From NCBI GenBank assembly GCA_964646575.1, contig CAZYFT010000001.1:8118-72117 (forward strand): a stretch of DNA of 64,000 nucleotides, in the 5' to 3' direction. Of this stretch, positions 1-8,667 are shown in pieces. A program made the position numbers and the translations under genes. Every line of letters begins with the position of its first letter. Positions within the stretch are counted from its first letter, which is position 1. The stretch is from an uncultured Candidatus Saccharibacteria bacterium. GTDB lineage: Bacteria; Patescibacteriota; Saccharimonadia; CAILAD01; GCA-016700035. The notes under the pieces are model-generated. The model did not search any database, was not told the DNA's origin, and worked only from the letters and a program-made list of their open reading frames with translations.

Positions 1-971
1 TAATTCGTGCTTTAAGTTACGACTATACACTTTGGGATGAAATGGTTGACGCGATTTCTAGAGAAAATCAGGTGTGGTTTAGAGAAAACATAACGCCTGC
101 ACTTGAGACCTATAAGGTCGATGCAGCTTGGGTGTTTACATCGGATTATGAGCAGATCTATAGGGTTGATCGAGGGGGTCGGGGTCTGGAGTTTCCACTA
201 CAAGATTTTGCACAGGAGCAGGCGCAGCTATTTCGAGATGGTAATTTTGTAAATTTTTATTCTGTAATTCAAGGAGACTTGTATCAAATACTTGGAGCAC
301 CTGCACAGCCTACAATCGATGTTGGGCGAGTAACTAGCCCGCAGGGCTACTTTTTTGTAGCAAGAAAACTTGATAGGCCAGATATTTTGAACCGACTGGA
401 GAGTCTGGGCGATGTTGATGTAAAAATATCAACAAAAACTTCCATTCAAGATAGTTTGATTGTCCCTCGTCAGGGTACATTTATGTTTGAAGACCCTATT
501 TATGGATATAACGGGGAGCAAGTGGGCGTGTATAATGTCTCGGGTTACTCGTCGTACATGGAAAGAACTGCTAATCTCCTGTATGGACAGTACCTTGTGT
601 TTATTGTTGTAATTTTATCATTTTTAATGGTGATTGGTGTAACGATCTATTTGGTAATAACACATCCTTTGCGTCGGCTTTCAAAAGGTATTGCCAATCG
701 TGATCCGAAGGCGCTAGCATACCTTAGGCGACGCCATGATGAGTTAGGCCAAGTTGCAGATCTTATCGTGCAGGAACAGGATCAGGAATTAGCGCTGCAG
801 GCTACCCAAAAGGAGCTTGAGTTAGCACAACTAAAACTTGAAAAACAATTACGTGAGTCCGAAAGGATGAATGATTTGATGGTTGGTCGCGAGCTGAGGA
901 TGATTGAGTTAAAAAATCAGTTATCGGAGTTGAGGAAAGGAAAACCAAAGAAGAAGGGTGAATCTCGATGA
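1..971 (+). CDS. Membrane sensor protein (CHASE4-like domain, TM, HAMP, C-terminal coiled coil), 5'-truncated by the window; no kinase domain
   Basis: Frame is open from position 3 (IRALSYDYTLWDEMVD resembles the CHASE4 D-x3-WD motif); TM followed by HAMP (PLRRL...DELGQV); ends MVGRELRMIELK. Confidence 0.7.
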   Translation, partial: IRALSYDYTLWDEMVDAISRENQVWFRENITPALETYKVDAAWVFTSDYEQIYRVDRGGRGLEFPLQDFAQEQAQLFRDGNFVNFYSVIQGDLYQILGAPAQPTIDVGRVTSPQGYFFVARKLDRPDILNRLESLGDVDVKISTKTSIQDSLIVPRQGTFMFEDPIYGYNGEQVGVYNVSGYSSYMERTANLLYGQYLVFIVVILSFLMVIGVTIYLVITHPLRRLSKGIANRDPKALAYLRRRHDELGQVADLIVQEQDQELALQATQKELELAQLKLEKQLRESERMNDLMVGRELRMIELKNQLSELRKGKPKKKGESR

Positions 972-2854
972 GCCGTATGGGCATATATTTTGATCGATTA
1001 TTAAGTGCAGGAATTGATCCTCAATCCGTCGAGATGACTGAGCTTCGACGGATTAAGTTTTTCTATGCCTATATCTTTATAGGTATATTTGCCTGTGCCG
1101 GATCGGCATTGGTTTTATTAATGTCTCAGCCGGCAGGCTATAGTTATCTTGCACTCGTTATTACATTGATTATACTTGTCTCGCTCGGGTTGATCTTACG
1201 TTTTCTCAAAAGAACCGACATTGTCGTGCAGTTGTTGTTACTCTTCTTTTGTGGTTTAGCTTGGTTTATATTAACCCAAAGTCAGACTGCTACAGGGATT
1301 TTTTGGCTTTATGTGTATGCCCCAATTGCTGCCTTACTTTTGCCGCGTAAGGTTGCGTTTTTCTGGGTGATATTATTTGCGGCTTGGGTTGTATTGATGG
1401 CGACATTTGCGTGGTTCGGCAAGGTGACTTATTCTGAAATTCAGATCTATGCTTTTCTTGCTTCCTTTTTGCCGATCTCGTTATTCATGATTACATATCA
1501 GCAGATTACAGAGAAAGCAGAACGTGAAGTTTATGAGAAAGATATCCAGCTTCAAGAATTAACTAATAAGCTTGAAGCTGAGTTGCAGTTCGCCTCTCGT
1601 TCTAAGCAGCAGCTAGATGGGTTGAGTGTGGCTCTATCTAAGCAAAACAAAAAGCTTACTAATAGTAAAACTGCACTTCTTAACCTTTTAGAGGATGCAC
1701 GCAAGCTCGAGGGTGAGTTGAAGCGGTCTAAAGCTAATGTTGAGCGCCAAGTGGAGGATCGCACTAAAGAGCTATCAGTAGAAAGGGCTCGTCTTGCATC
1801 AACACTCGAAAGTCTGCCGATTGCCGTGGTGCTTATTGATAGGCATGGTGAAGTTGCTGAGGCTAACGGTAGGGCATATGAGTTAATTGATATTGCTCAG
1901 ACACGTCATGGTACGACGACTGCACGTAAAAAAGTCCAGGCTTTTTTAGATAAAAAATTGAATTTGATGAAATTTATACAGCAATGTTCTCGCTCTGCTT
2001 CCTGTGTGATGATTCCAGAGATTACCTATCAGGGCAATTTTTATAAGATTGCACTCGGTCCTGTCGAGTCACAGGATAGCGATACGCGGGGTGGTGTAGT
2101 AATCGTGATTGAGGACATTACTTCACAAAAACTTCTTGAGCGCTCAAAAGATGAATTTCTGATGATCGCGTCACACGAGTTGCGAACTCCACTGACTGCA
2201 ATTCGCGGTGATGCAGCTGTTTTGGCAAAATACCTAGATGGCGAAATGCATAAAAAAGATGCTCAAGAGCTTATCCAGGACATAAGAGGATCGAGCGATA
2301 GATTACTCGGTGTAGTGAATGATTATTTGGAGCTTTCAAGCTTAGAGCAGGGTAAGATCCCATTTGATATTCAGCGTTTAGACGTTGTGCCACTTTGTAA
2401 GCAAATAGTAGCCGAGAACCGGCCATTGGCACGTGAAAAAAAATTGAAACTAGAGTTTAGGAAACCTCGTAACGCAAGTATGTACGTTGGGGCTGACCCT
2501 AAGCGTGTTGCTCAGATTGTCCAAAACTTACTTTCAAACGCCATTCATTATACCCAGCGTGGCACTGTGACGTTGGAGTTGTCGTCGAGTAACGAAAAAG
2601 TAATCTGTAGAGTTAGAGATACTGGAGTAGGGATTTCAAAACTTAGTCAGAAAAATCTTTTCGATAAGTTTAACCAGGCTCAAGAGAACCTTCTTACTCG
2701 TGACCCTGAACGTAGTACAGGCCTGGGGCTCTATATTGCTAAGTTGTTGGTCGAAAAAATGCAGGGTAGTCTTGTGCTGGAATCTTCGGTACTAAAGAAA
2801 GGTTCAGTCTTTACTTTTAGTTTGCCAGTTTATCAGAAATCTAAGGAACAGTAG
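968..2854 (+). CDS. Multi-TM sensor histidine kinase (PAS-like, HisKA, HATPase)
   Basis: H-box ASHELRTPL, N-box NLLSNAIHYT, G1 DTGVG, G2 GLGL. Confidence 0.95.
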   Translation: MSRMGIYFDRLLSAGIDPQSVEMTELRRIKFFYAYIFIGIFACAGSALVLLMSQPAGYSYLALVITLIILVSLGLILRFLKRTDIVVQLLLLFFCGLAWFILTQSQTATGIFWLYVYAPIAALLLPRKVAFFWVILFAAWVVLMATFAWFGKVTYSEIQIYAFLASFLPISLFMITYQQITEKAEREVYEKDIQLQELTNKLEAELQFASRSKQQLDGLSVALSKQNKKLTNSKTALLNLLEDARKLEGELKRSKANVERQVEDRTKELSVERARLASTLESLPIAVVLIDRHGEVAEANGRAYELIDIAQTRHGTTTARKKVQAFLDKKLNLMKFIQQCSRSASCVMIPEITYQGNFYKIALGPVESQDSDTRGGVVIVIEDITSQKLLERSKDEFLMIASHELRTPLTAIRGDAAVLAKYLDGEMHKKDAQELIQDIRGSSDRLLGVVNDYLELSSLEQGKIPFDIQRLDVVPLCKQIVAENRPLAREKKLKLEFRKPRNASMYVGADPKRVAQIVQNLLSNAIHYTQRGTVTLELSSSNEKVICRVRDTGVGISKLSQKNLFDKFNQAQENLLTRDPERSTGLGLYIAKLLVEKMQGSLVLESSVLKKGSVFTFSLPVYQKSKEQ

Positions 2855-2901
2855 CCGACAGAATATGCAAAAACCTATACAATACATGAGAAGGAGTTAT
2901 T

Positions 2902-3273
2902 ATGGCTAAGAAGAAAATTCACTTAATCGAAGATGATCCGTTACTGTCGCGTATGTATGAACGATTGTTTGCTATCCACGGTTATGATTTTCTAGTTGAT
3001 CTAGATTCTCAAGTGGGTTTGGAGCGGGTTAAAACTGAAAAGCCAGATTTAGTTTTATTAGATATTATGATGCCCAATCTCAATGGGCTTGAAGTATTGA
3101 AGCTCTTAAAGTCCGATGATGCTACGAAGGCTATTCCGGTTGTATTAATCACTAATGTAGAGGATGAAGACACGCAGAAGCAGGCAAAGGAGTTGGGTGC
3201 GGATGGTTATTTGATAAAAAGTCGGTTTGATCCAGATGAGACTGTGGAATATGTAGCGAAAAAACTTAAATAA
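2902..3273 (+). CDS. Single-domain response regulator (receiver)
   Basis: IEDD, LLDIMMP, conserved T and K; SD AGGAG upstream. Confidence 0.95.
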   Translation: MAKKKIHLIEDDPLLSRMYERLFAIHGYDFLVDLDSQVGLERVKTEKPDLVLLDIMMPNLNGLEVLKLLKSDDATKAIPVVLITNVEDEDTQKQAKELGADGYLIKSRFDPDETVEYVAKKLK

Positions 3274-3280
3274 TGCGTAT

Positions 3281-4567
3281 TTATAAATAGGTATTAATAT
3301 AGGCTTGGTATGTTTCCTTAAGGTCTTTAGAGGCACCAAAGGGAACACGTTTAATTATCTGGGACTCCATATTCATCATGAGTGCCGGGGTAAGTGTGAA
3401 CTCACCATATGTATTGTTAATAGCATCGGTTGCTTGAGCGACCTGTCGCTGACGAGTGGTTACGGTATCAAAAAGCTCTAGTTGTTCAGGCATGGTGGGT
3501 TCGAGTGCGAAAACAGAGATACCGAGTTTAGCAATTGGTCGTTTACTAGGGCGTTGAGCGAATAATTGCATAATCGTTGTAAAAATATCATTAGTTGAGT
3601 AAATTGTTCGATGGGTTTTAGTCGATTTATGCCAGTAGCTATGGTTGTTGTAGAGAAGCCAAAGGTGAGCACCACGAGCAATCGAATTATGGCGACGCAG
3701 ACGACGGCCAGTCTTTTCAGAAAGTTTCATGAGGTAGCGGGCTAGCTCTTGAGGGTTTTCGGTGGCAATATGAATTGCAAAGTCATTACCGAAGCTCTTA
3801 CGTCCGTAATTTATACTGTCGACCTCCCAGCCTCGCAGTCGATGATACCAGCGATAACCCTCGATGCTACGAAACACTTTGCGATGGAGTGTTTCTGCAG
3901 AGGCGCTAAGGAAATCGAGGGGAGTAAATATACTATATGCATTTAAGCGTGCTTCATAGCGGTAGTTGATACCGCAAAGATCGCGCAACGAGAGTTTCCT
4001 GAGGGTGGTTTCGAGATTTTGCGCATTGATGATGTCTAGGCCATCCGGCTTATGAAGGCCGGCAGCTGTTTTTGCGAGGAACCGGTTGGTTCCGATTCCA
4101 ATATTGACTCGCATATAATTGCCAAGCTCTTTGCGGATGGCCTGTTTGATCTTTCTAGCCACAACCGACAGCGGCGACTTGTGTATCTGTCGGCTCTTAG
4201 AGAAATCGATAACGAACTCATCGATTGAAAGTGGCGTGAGATCGCTTGTGTAGCGATAAAGGAGAGCGTAGAGGCGAGCATTTACATAGAAGTATTTATC
4301 CGGATCGGGCATAAGGAAAATCATATCGGGACAAATAGTTCGGGCTGTACGGACAGGGGTTCCTACGCCGATACCAAGTGCTTTGGCTTCATACGATGCG
4401 GCAAGAACGATACCTCCCGGTGTAGTGTAAGAACACACACCCACGGGTTTGTCTCGTAGCAGGGGGTTGGCTTGCTGCTCAATTGTCGCAAAGGCACTAT
4501 TGAGGTCGATATGCATAACTTGCGGCTCGGCTTGATTGAGATTTGGGGCTTCATTGAGGTAGGCCAT
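3281..4567 (-). CDS. dinB: Y-family DNA polymerase (DinB/UmuC-like)
   Basis: MHIDLNSAFATIEQ, AASYEAK, SIDEF, FLAKTA..KPDG motifs. Confidence 0.9.
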   Translation of the reverse strand: MAYLNEAPNLNQAEPQVMHIDLNSAFATIEQQANPLLRDKPVGVCSYTTPGGIVLAASYEAKALGIGVGTPVRTARTICPDMIFLMPDPDKYFYVNARLYALLYRYTSDLTPLSIDEFVIDFSKSRQIHKSPLSVVARKIKQAIRKELGNYMRVNIGIGTNRFLAKTAAGLHKPDGLDIINAQNLETTLRKLSLRDLCGINYRYEARLNAYSIFTPLDFLSASAETLHRKVFRSIEGYRWYHRLRGWEVDSINYGRKSFGNDFAIHIATENPQELARYLMKLSEKTGRRLRRHNSIARGAHLWLLYNNHSYWHKSTKTHRTIYSTNDIFTTIMQLFAQRPSKRPIAKLGISVFALEPTMPEQLELFDTVTTRQRQVAQATDAINNTYGEFTLTPALMMNMESQIIKRVPFGASKDLKETYQAYINTYL

Positions 4568-4808
4568 CGGATATTGCCTCTAGAGTCCATTGTAGGCTCT
4601 CTGTGTTATAGCTGAGGCGCAGGGCTAATGCACCGGTAGAGCCTTCAAAGATGTGATGCAGTACACGGCCTTCACGCTTAGGGTGCACAAGCCCGATTTG
4701 ATTCATTGAGTAATAGCGATTGCGCCACTTAATTTTTACTGGGACCACAATGCCGCGCCCACGTTTCGAGACGGTAAGTACATCGACTACTTCGTTAACT
4801 TCATGCAT
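4551..4808 (-). CDS. Small beta-rich protein overlapping the dinB start (putative mutagenesis accessory, DUF6504-like)
   Basis: ATG at 4808 lies 6 nt after TATAAT; IKWRNRYY...LQWTLE pattern; overlaps polymerase start. Confidence 0.6.
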   Translation of the reverse strand: MHEVNEVVDVLTVSKRGRGIVVPVKIKWRNRYYSMNQIGLVHPKREGRVLHHIFEGSTGALALRLSYNTESLQWTLEAISDGLPQ

Positions 4809-4814
4809 AGAATA

Positions 4815-4863
4815 ATTATACGAACATACTACGAACATTTTCAAGTGTTAAATCGTGTATTAT
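4815..4863. promoter_or_regulatory. Divergent promoters with a GAAC-N7-GAAC direct repeat (candidate LexA box)
   Basis: Minus strand TTGAAA-18-TATAAT; plus strand TATTAT 4858-4863; GAAC at 4822-4825 and 4833-4836. Confidence 0.6.
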
Positions 4864-4869
4864 GGGGGT

Positions 4870-5550
4870 ATGTGCGGACGATTCGCTTTAGCAGATACTA
4901 AGGAATTAAAGAGCCGATTTCATACTCAGAATGCGGCTCCAAGGGACGTGCGCCCAAACTATAATGCTGCTCCAACCCAAAGCTTGCCAGTGATTGTGGA
5001 GGTCGGTGGCCGAGCTGAGATTAAGGTGATGCATTGGGGAATTGTCCCAGCATGGGCAAAGGATAAGCCACGATTTGCTTTTTCTACGTTTAATGCTCGG
5101 GCAGAATCTTTGCTGGAGAAGCCAATGTGGAAGAAAGTATTCCCATCAAGGCGTTGTTTGGTTCCCGCCACTGGTTTTTATGAGTGGCAAAAGAAGGATA
5201 ACGAGACGCGCCCATATTACATTCATGTAGGAGAACGTGAGATTTTTGTAATGGCAGGTCTGTATGATGAATGGGTAGATACAGAAACCGGAGAGGTGTT
5301 TGATTCTTTTACGATTATAACCACGCGACCGAATTCGGTGATGCGTAAGATACATGATCGAATGCCCGTAATCCTTGATGTTGACGAAGAGGCGACGTGG
5401 CTCGATGCAGATGTGAGTAGTCCGGAGGATTTACTCGCCATGTTAGACCCTTATGATGAAAAAGATACCCTAGCTTATCCAGTAGGTCAAAAAGTGGGGA
5501 ATGTTCGTAATAATTCGCCCGATCTCATCCAGCCGCTAGAGACTGCTTGA
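4870..5550 (+). CDS. SOS response-associated peptidase (SRAP/YedK/HMCES family)
   Basis: N-terminal MCGRF (catalytic Cys2), NARAE, GFYEW, IHDRMP. Confidence 0.95.
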   Translation: MCGRFALADTKELKSRFHTQNAAPRDVRPNYNAAPTQSLPVIVEVGGRAEIKVMHWGIVPAWAKDKPRFAFSTFNARAESLLEKPMWKKVFPSRRCLVPATGFYEWQKKDNETRPYYIHVGEREIFVMAGLYDEWVDTETGEVFDSFTIITTRPNSVMRKIHDRMPVILDVDEEATWLDADVSSPEDLLAMLDPYDEKDTLAYPVGQKVGNVRNNSPDLIQPLETA

Positions 5551-5590
5551 AAAAATGCGCTTTTTCAGATATGATAGCCCCGCTTTTATT

Positions 5591-5611
5591 GGGTCCTTAG
5601 CTTAGTTGGCT
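5591..5611 (+). repeat. 21-bp near-duplicate of the tRNA-Val 5' end
   Basis: gggtccttagcttagttggct vs gggtccttagctcagttggct at 5697 (1 mismatch). Confidence 0.85.
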
Positions 5612-5696
5612 GTCGCGATACTTTGCGCCGTAGGAGAACGCGCTCTAGCCCATAAAAGAGAGCTCGGTGTATGTAGGGGATTTGAAAATTATATGT

Positions 5697-5773
5697 GGGT
5701 CCTTAGCTCAGTTGGCTAGAGCGCTTCCTTGACGTGGAAGAGGTCAGAGGTTCGAGTCCCCTAGGACCCACCA
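5697..5773 (+). tRNA. tRNA-Val(GAC)
   Basis: Cloverleaf; anticodon arm cttcc-ttGACgt-ggaag; GGTTCGAG T-loop; encoded CCA. Confidence 0.97.
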
Positions 5774-5804
5774 TTTGAATAGTTTATACTAAGTACATAA
5801 ATGA

Positions 5805-5965
5805 ATAGGGCGTAAAAAGTAGCCTCACCATCTACTTAAGGCCTCGTAGCTGCGGGCGTAACACGTAGCACAACAGTGATTTACCTTTCCTGGTAAGTAA
5901 GTCTGGTGGAACCCCCCATATTTTTTGGGGCCAGACATATTGGGATAGGTGTTTTTATTTAAATG
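5805..5965 (+). promoter_or_regulatory. T-box riboswitch (Thr) upstream of thrS
   Basis: Antiterminator GTCTGG-TGGAACC-CCCCA...TGGGG-CCAGAC (5901-5936); ACC codon in hairpin loop at 5827-5829. Confidence 0.8.
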
Positions 5966-5982
5966 GAGAAGGAGAAAGGCTC

Positions 5983-7785
5983 ATGAGCAAAGATATTCAT
6001 GCAATGCGACATAGTGCTGCACATGTATTGGCAGCTGCACTGCAAAAGCTCTATCCAGGAGCAAAGTTTGGGGTTGGTCCGGTTATTGAGTACGGCTTCT
6101 ATTATGATGTCGCTTTCCAAGAAGCAATTTCAGATAAGGATCTGAAGAAAATTCAAAAGGAGATGCGCTCAATTGTGAAGCGTAATCTGCCAATTGAACG
6201 TGAGGAATGGCCGATTGAGCGGGCAATAGACTACTTTGCAAATAATGATCAGCCTTTCAAAGTCGAGCTATTGCGAGATTTACAACAGCATGGCACAACA
6301 AGCATAAAAAATATAGACTCTTCTGACTTAGGAATTGATGACACTGATGAAAAAATAACAACGGTTTCAGTATATAAAATCGGTGACTTTGTAGATTTAT
6401 GCCGTGGCCCTCATGTAGTAAGCACAGGAGAAGTAGGCGCATTTGAGCTAACTCGTCTGGCCGGAGCGTATTGGCGTGGTGATGAGGCGAGAGATCAATT
6501 GCAGCGTGTGTATGGCATTGCGTTTGAGTCTGAAGAGGAGCTCGAAAAGCACAAGGCTATGTTAGAGCTTGCTAAAGAGCGAGACCACCGCAAGTTGGGG
6601 CGAGAGCTAGATCTGTTTACTTTTTCAGAATTGGTAGGCCCTGGCTTACCACTATGGACTCCGAGAGGCACAGTAATTCGCAATGAGTTAGATGCGTTTA
6701 TACAAGAGTTGCGGGCGGAGTATGGCTTTGAAGAGGTGACGATTCCGCATATCACAAAGAAAGAACTCTATATGCGGAGCGGGCATTGGGATAAGTTTGA
6801 AGATGAGCTATTTAAGATTACTTCGCGTGATGGGCATGAGTTTGCTTTAAAGCCAATGAATTGTCCGCATCACACCCAGATTTTTGATTCTCGACCACGG
6901 AGCTATCGAGAGATGCCGGTACGTTATCGCGAGACAACCATGGTGTATCGCGATGAACAAAGTGGTGAGCTGCATGGGCTTTCGCGTGTTCGGTCAATTA
7001 CACAGGATGATGCTCACACGTTTTGTCGACCAAGTCAGGTAGAAGATGAAGTAATGAACGTTTGGAATGTGATTGAGCAATATTGGAAGGCATTTGGAGT
7101 AAGCTTGCGAGTGCGTCTATCTACGCATGATCCGAAGAATATGAAGGGTTATCTCGGGACTGAAGAGCAGTGGGAGTCGGCGGTTGCACAATTGCAATCA
7201 GTAATTGTGCGTCAGGGCGTAGAGTTTGAACTTGGAGAAGGTGAGGCGGCTTTCTACGGACCCAAGATCGACTTTATAGGTTCGGATGCGCTCGGTAGAG
7301 AGTTTCAAGCGTCAACTGTTCAGCTAGACTTTAATATGCCAGAACGTTTTGATTTGGCGTGTATTGATGAGAGTGGAGTTCGCGAGACTGTTGTGATGAT
7401 TCACTGCGCCATCGCTGGCTCGGTCGAGCGTAGTATTGTCTTGCTCCTCGAACATTTTGGAGGTAATTTCCCTGTTTGGCTTGCTCCACAACAAGTAGCG
7501 GTTCTGCCAATATCCGAGAAATTTATAAAATATGCTGATAAAATTACAACAGTATTGAAAGAGCAGGGTGTGAGAGTCGATGTGAGTGCTGAGAACGAAT
7601 CGCTAGGCAAGCGTATACGGTCGGCAGAAGTGAGAAAAATACCATATACGCTCATTGTCGGAGAGAAAGAAGTGGCTGACGAGACGGTGGCTGTACGAAG
7701 ATTTGGTGAGGGTGATTTGGGAGCCATGAAAGCAGATGAGTTTACAGAAAAAATCACCAAAGAAATTCACAACCGCAGTCTCTAG
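5983..7785 (+). CDS. thrS: Threonine--tRNA ligase (no N-terminal TGS domain)
   Basis: RHSAAH, DLCRGPH, RDHRKLG, KPMNCPHH, AFYGPKID. Confidence 0.98.
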   Translation: MSKDIHAMRHSAAHVLAAALQKLYPGAKFGVGPVIEYGFYYDVAFQEAISDKDLKKIQKEMRSIVKRNLPIEREEWPIERAIDYFANNDQPFKVELLRDLQQHGTTSIKNIDSSDLGIDDTDEKITTVSVYKIGDFVDLCRGPHVVSTGEVGAFELTRLAGAYWRGDEARDQLQRVYGIAFESEEELEKHKAMLELAKERDHRKLGRELDLFTFSELVGPGLPLWTPRGTVIRNELDAFIQELRAEYGFEEVTIPHITKKELYMRSGHWDKFEDELFKITSRDGHEFALKPMNCPHHTQIFDSRPRSYREMPVRYRETTMVYRDEQSGELHGLSRVRSITQDDAHTFCRPSQVEDEVMNVWNVIEQYWKAFGVSLRVRLSTHDPKNMKGYLGTEEQWESAVAQLQSVIVRQGVEFELGEGEAAFYGPKIDFIGSDALGREFQASTVQLDFNMPERFDLACIDESGVRETVVMIHCAIAGSVERSIVLLLEHFGGNFPVWLAPQQVAVLPISEKFIKYADKITTVLKEQGVRVDVSAENESLGKRIRSAEVRKIPYTLIVGEKEVADETVAVRRFGEGDLGAMKADEFTEKITKEIHNRSL

Positions 7786-8650
7786 TCCGCAAGGTAAGCT
7801 TTTGGCGATTGTCGGACCAACGGCTGCTGGCAAAACGAGTGTTGTATTGAGTTTAGCCGGACAATACCCAATTGAAATTATTTGCGCAGACTCTCGCACG
7901 ATCTATCAAGGAATGGACATTGGTACAGCAAAGCCAACTTTGGAAGAGCAAGCTCAGGTGCCGCACTGGGGTTTAGATCTTGTTAAACCTGGTGAGTCGT
8001 ATTCAGCGGCTCAGTTTGTAAAATATGCCGAGCAGAAAATGCAGGACATATGGGAGAGGGGTAATACTGCCGTGATAGTTGGTGGAAGTGGGATGTATAT
8101 CGATGCCTTGCTTTTTGGCTATAAGTTTCGTTCGCCTGCTGCGCAGCCACAAGATTTTAGCATGATGCCACATAGTGACTTAGTGGCGTTAGCTCAAAGC
8201 CAGTATCCTGACGAGATACGGCATATTGATGTAGAAAATACTAGACGATTAGTGCAGCTATTAGAGAAAGGGCCCGCAAACAGAGCAGATCGTAATGAGC
8301 TAAAATATCAGGTTACAATTATCGGTATTGACCCATCGAAGGACGATCTCCAGATGAAAATTGAGAAACGTACAGATGAAATGTTGAAACAAGGATTTGT
8401 TCAAGAGTGTAAAACACTAGTTAATGTATACGGAAACAGGTGTTCGACACTCCAGACTACGGGTTACTCGGCTGTTGTCAGCTACTTGCAGGGCGAAGCC
8501 GGCTACGAGGATATGCGGCAAAGAATTGTAATAGATACAAGGAGGCTCGCAAAGAAGCAGCGCACATGGTTTCGTCGTAACTCACACATAGAGTGGTCTA
8601 CCGATGAAGAGAAAGCCCTAGTAATTGCAGCCTCCTACTTGGAAGCGTAA
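7736..8650 (+). CDS. miaA: tRNA dimethylallyltransferase (start uncertain)
   Basis: GPTAAGKT, ADSRTIYQGMDIGTAKP, AKKQRTWFR. Confidence 0.95.
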   Translation: MSLQKKSPKKFTTAVSSPQGKLLAIVGPTAAGKTSVVLSLAGQYPIEIICADSRTIYQGMDIGTAKPTLEEQAQVPHWGLDLVKPGESYSAAQFVKYAEQKMQDIWERGNTAVIVGGSGMYIDALLFGYKFRSPAAQPQDFSMMPHSDLVALAQSQYPDEIRHIDVENTRRLVQLLEKGPANRADRNELKYQVTIIGIDPSKDDLQMKIEKRTDEMLKQGFVQECKTLVNVYGNRCSTLQTTGYSAVVSYLQGEAGYEDMRQRIVIDTRRLAKKQRTWFRRNSHIEWSTDEEKALVIAASYLEA

Positions 8651-8667
8651 CAAGGTACAATATGTAT

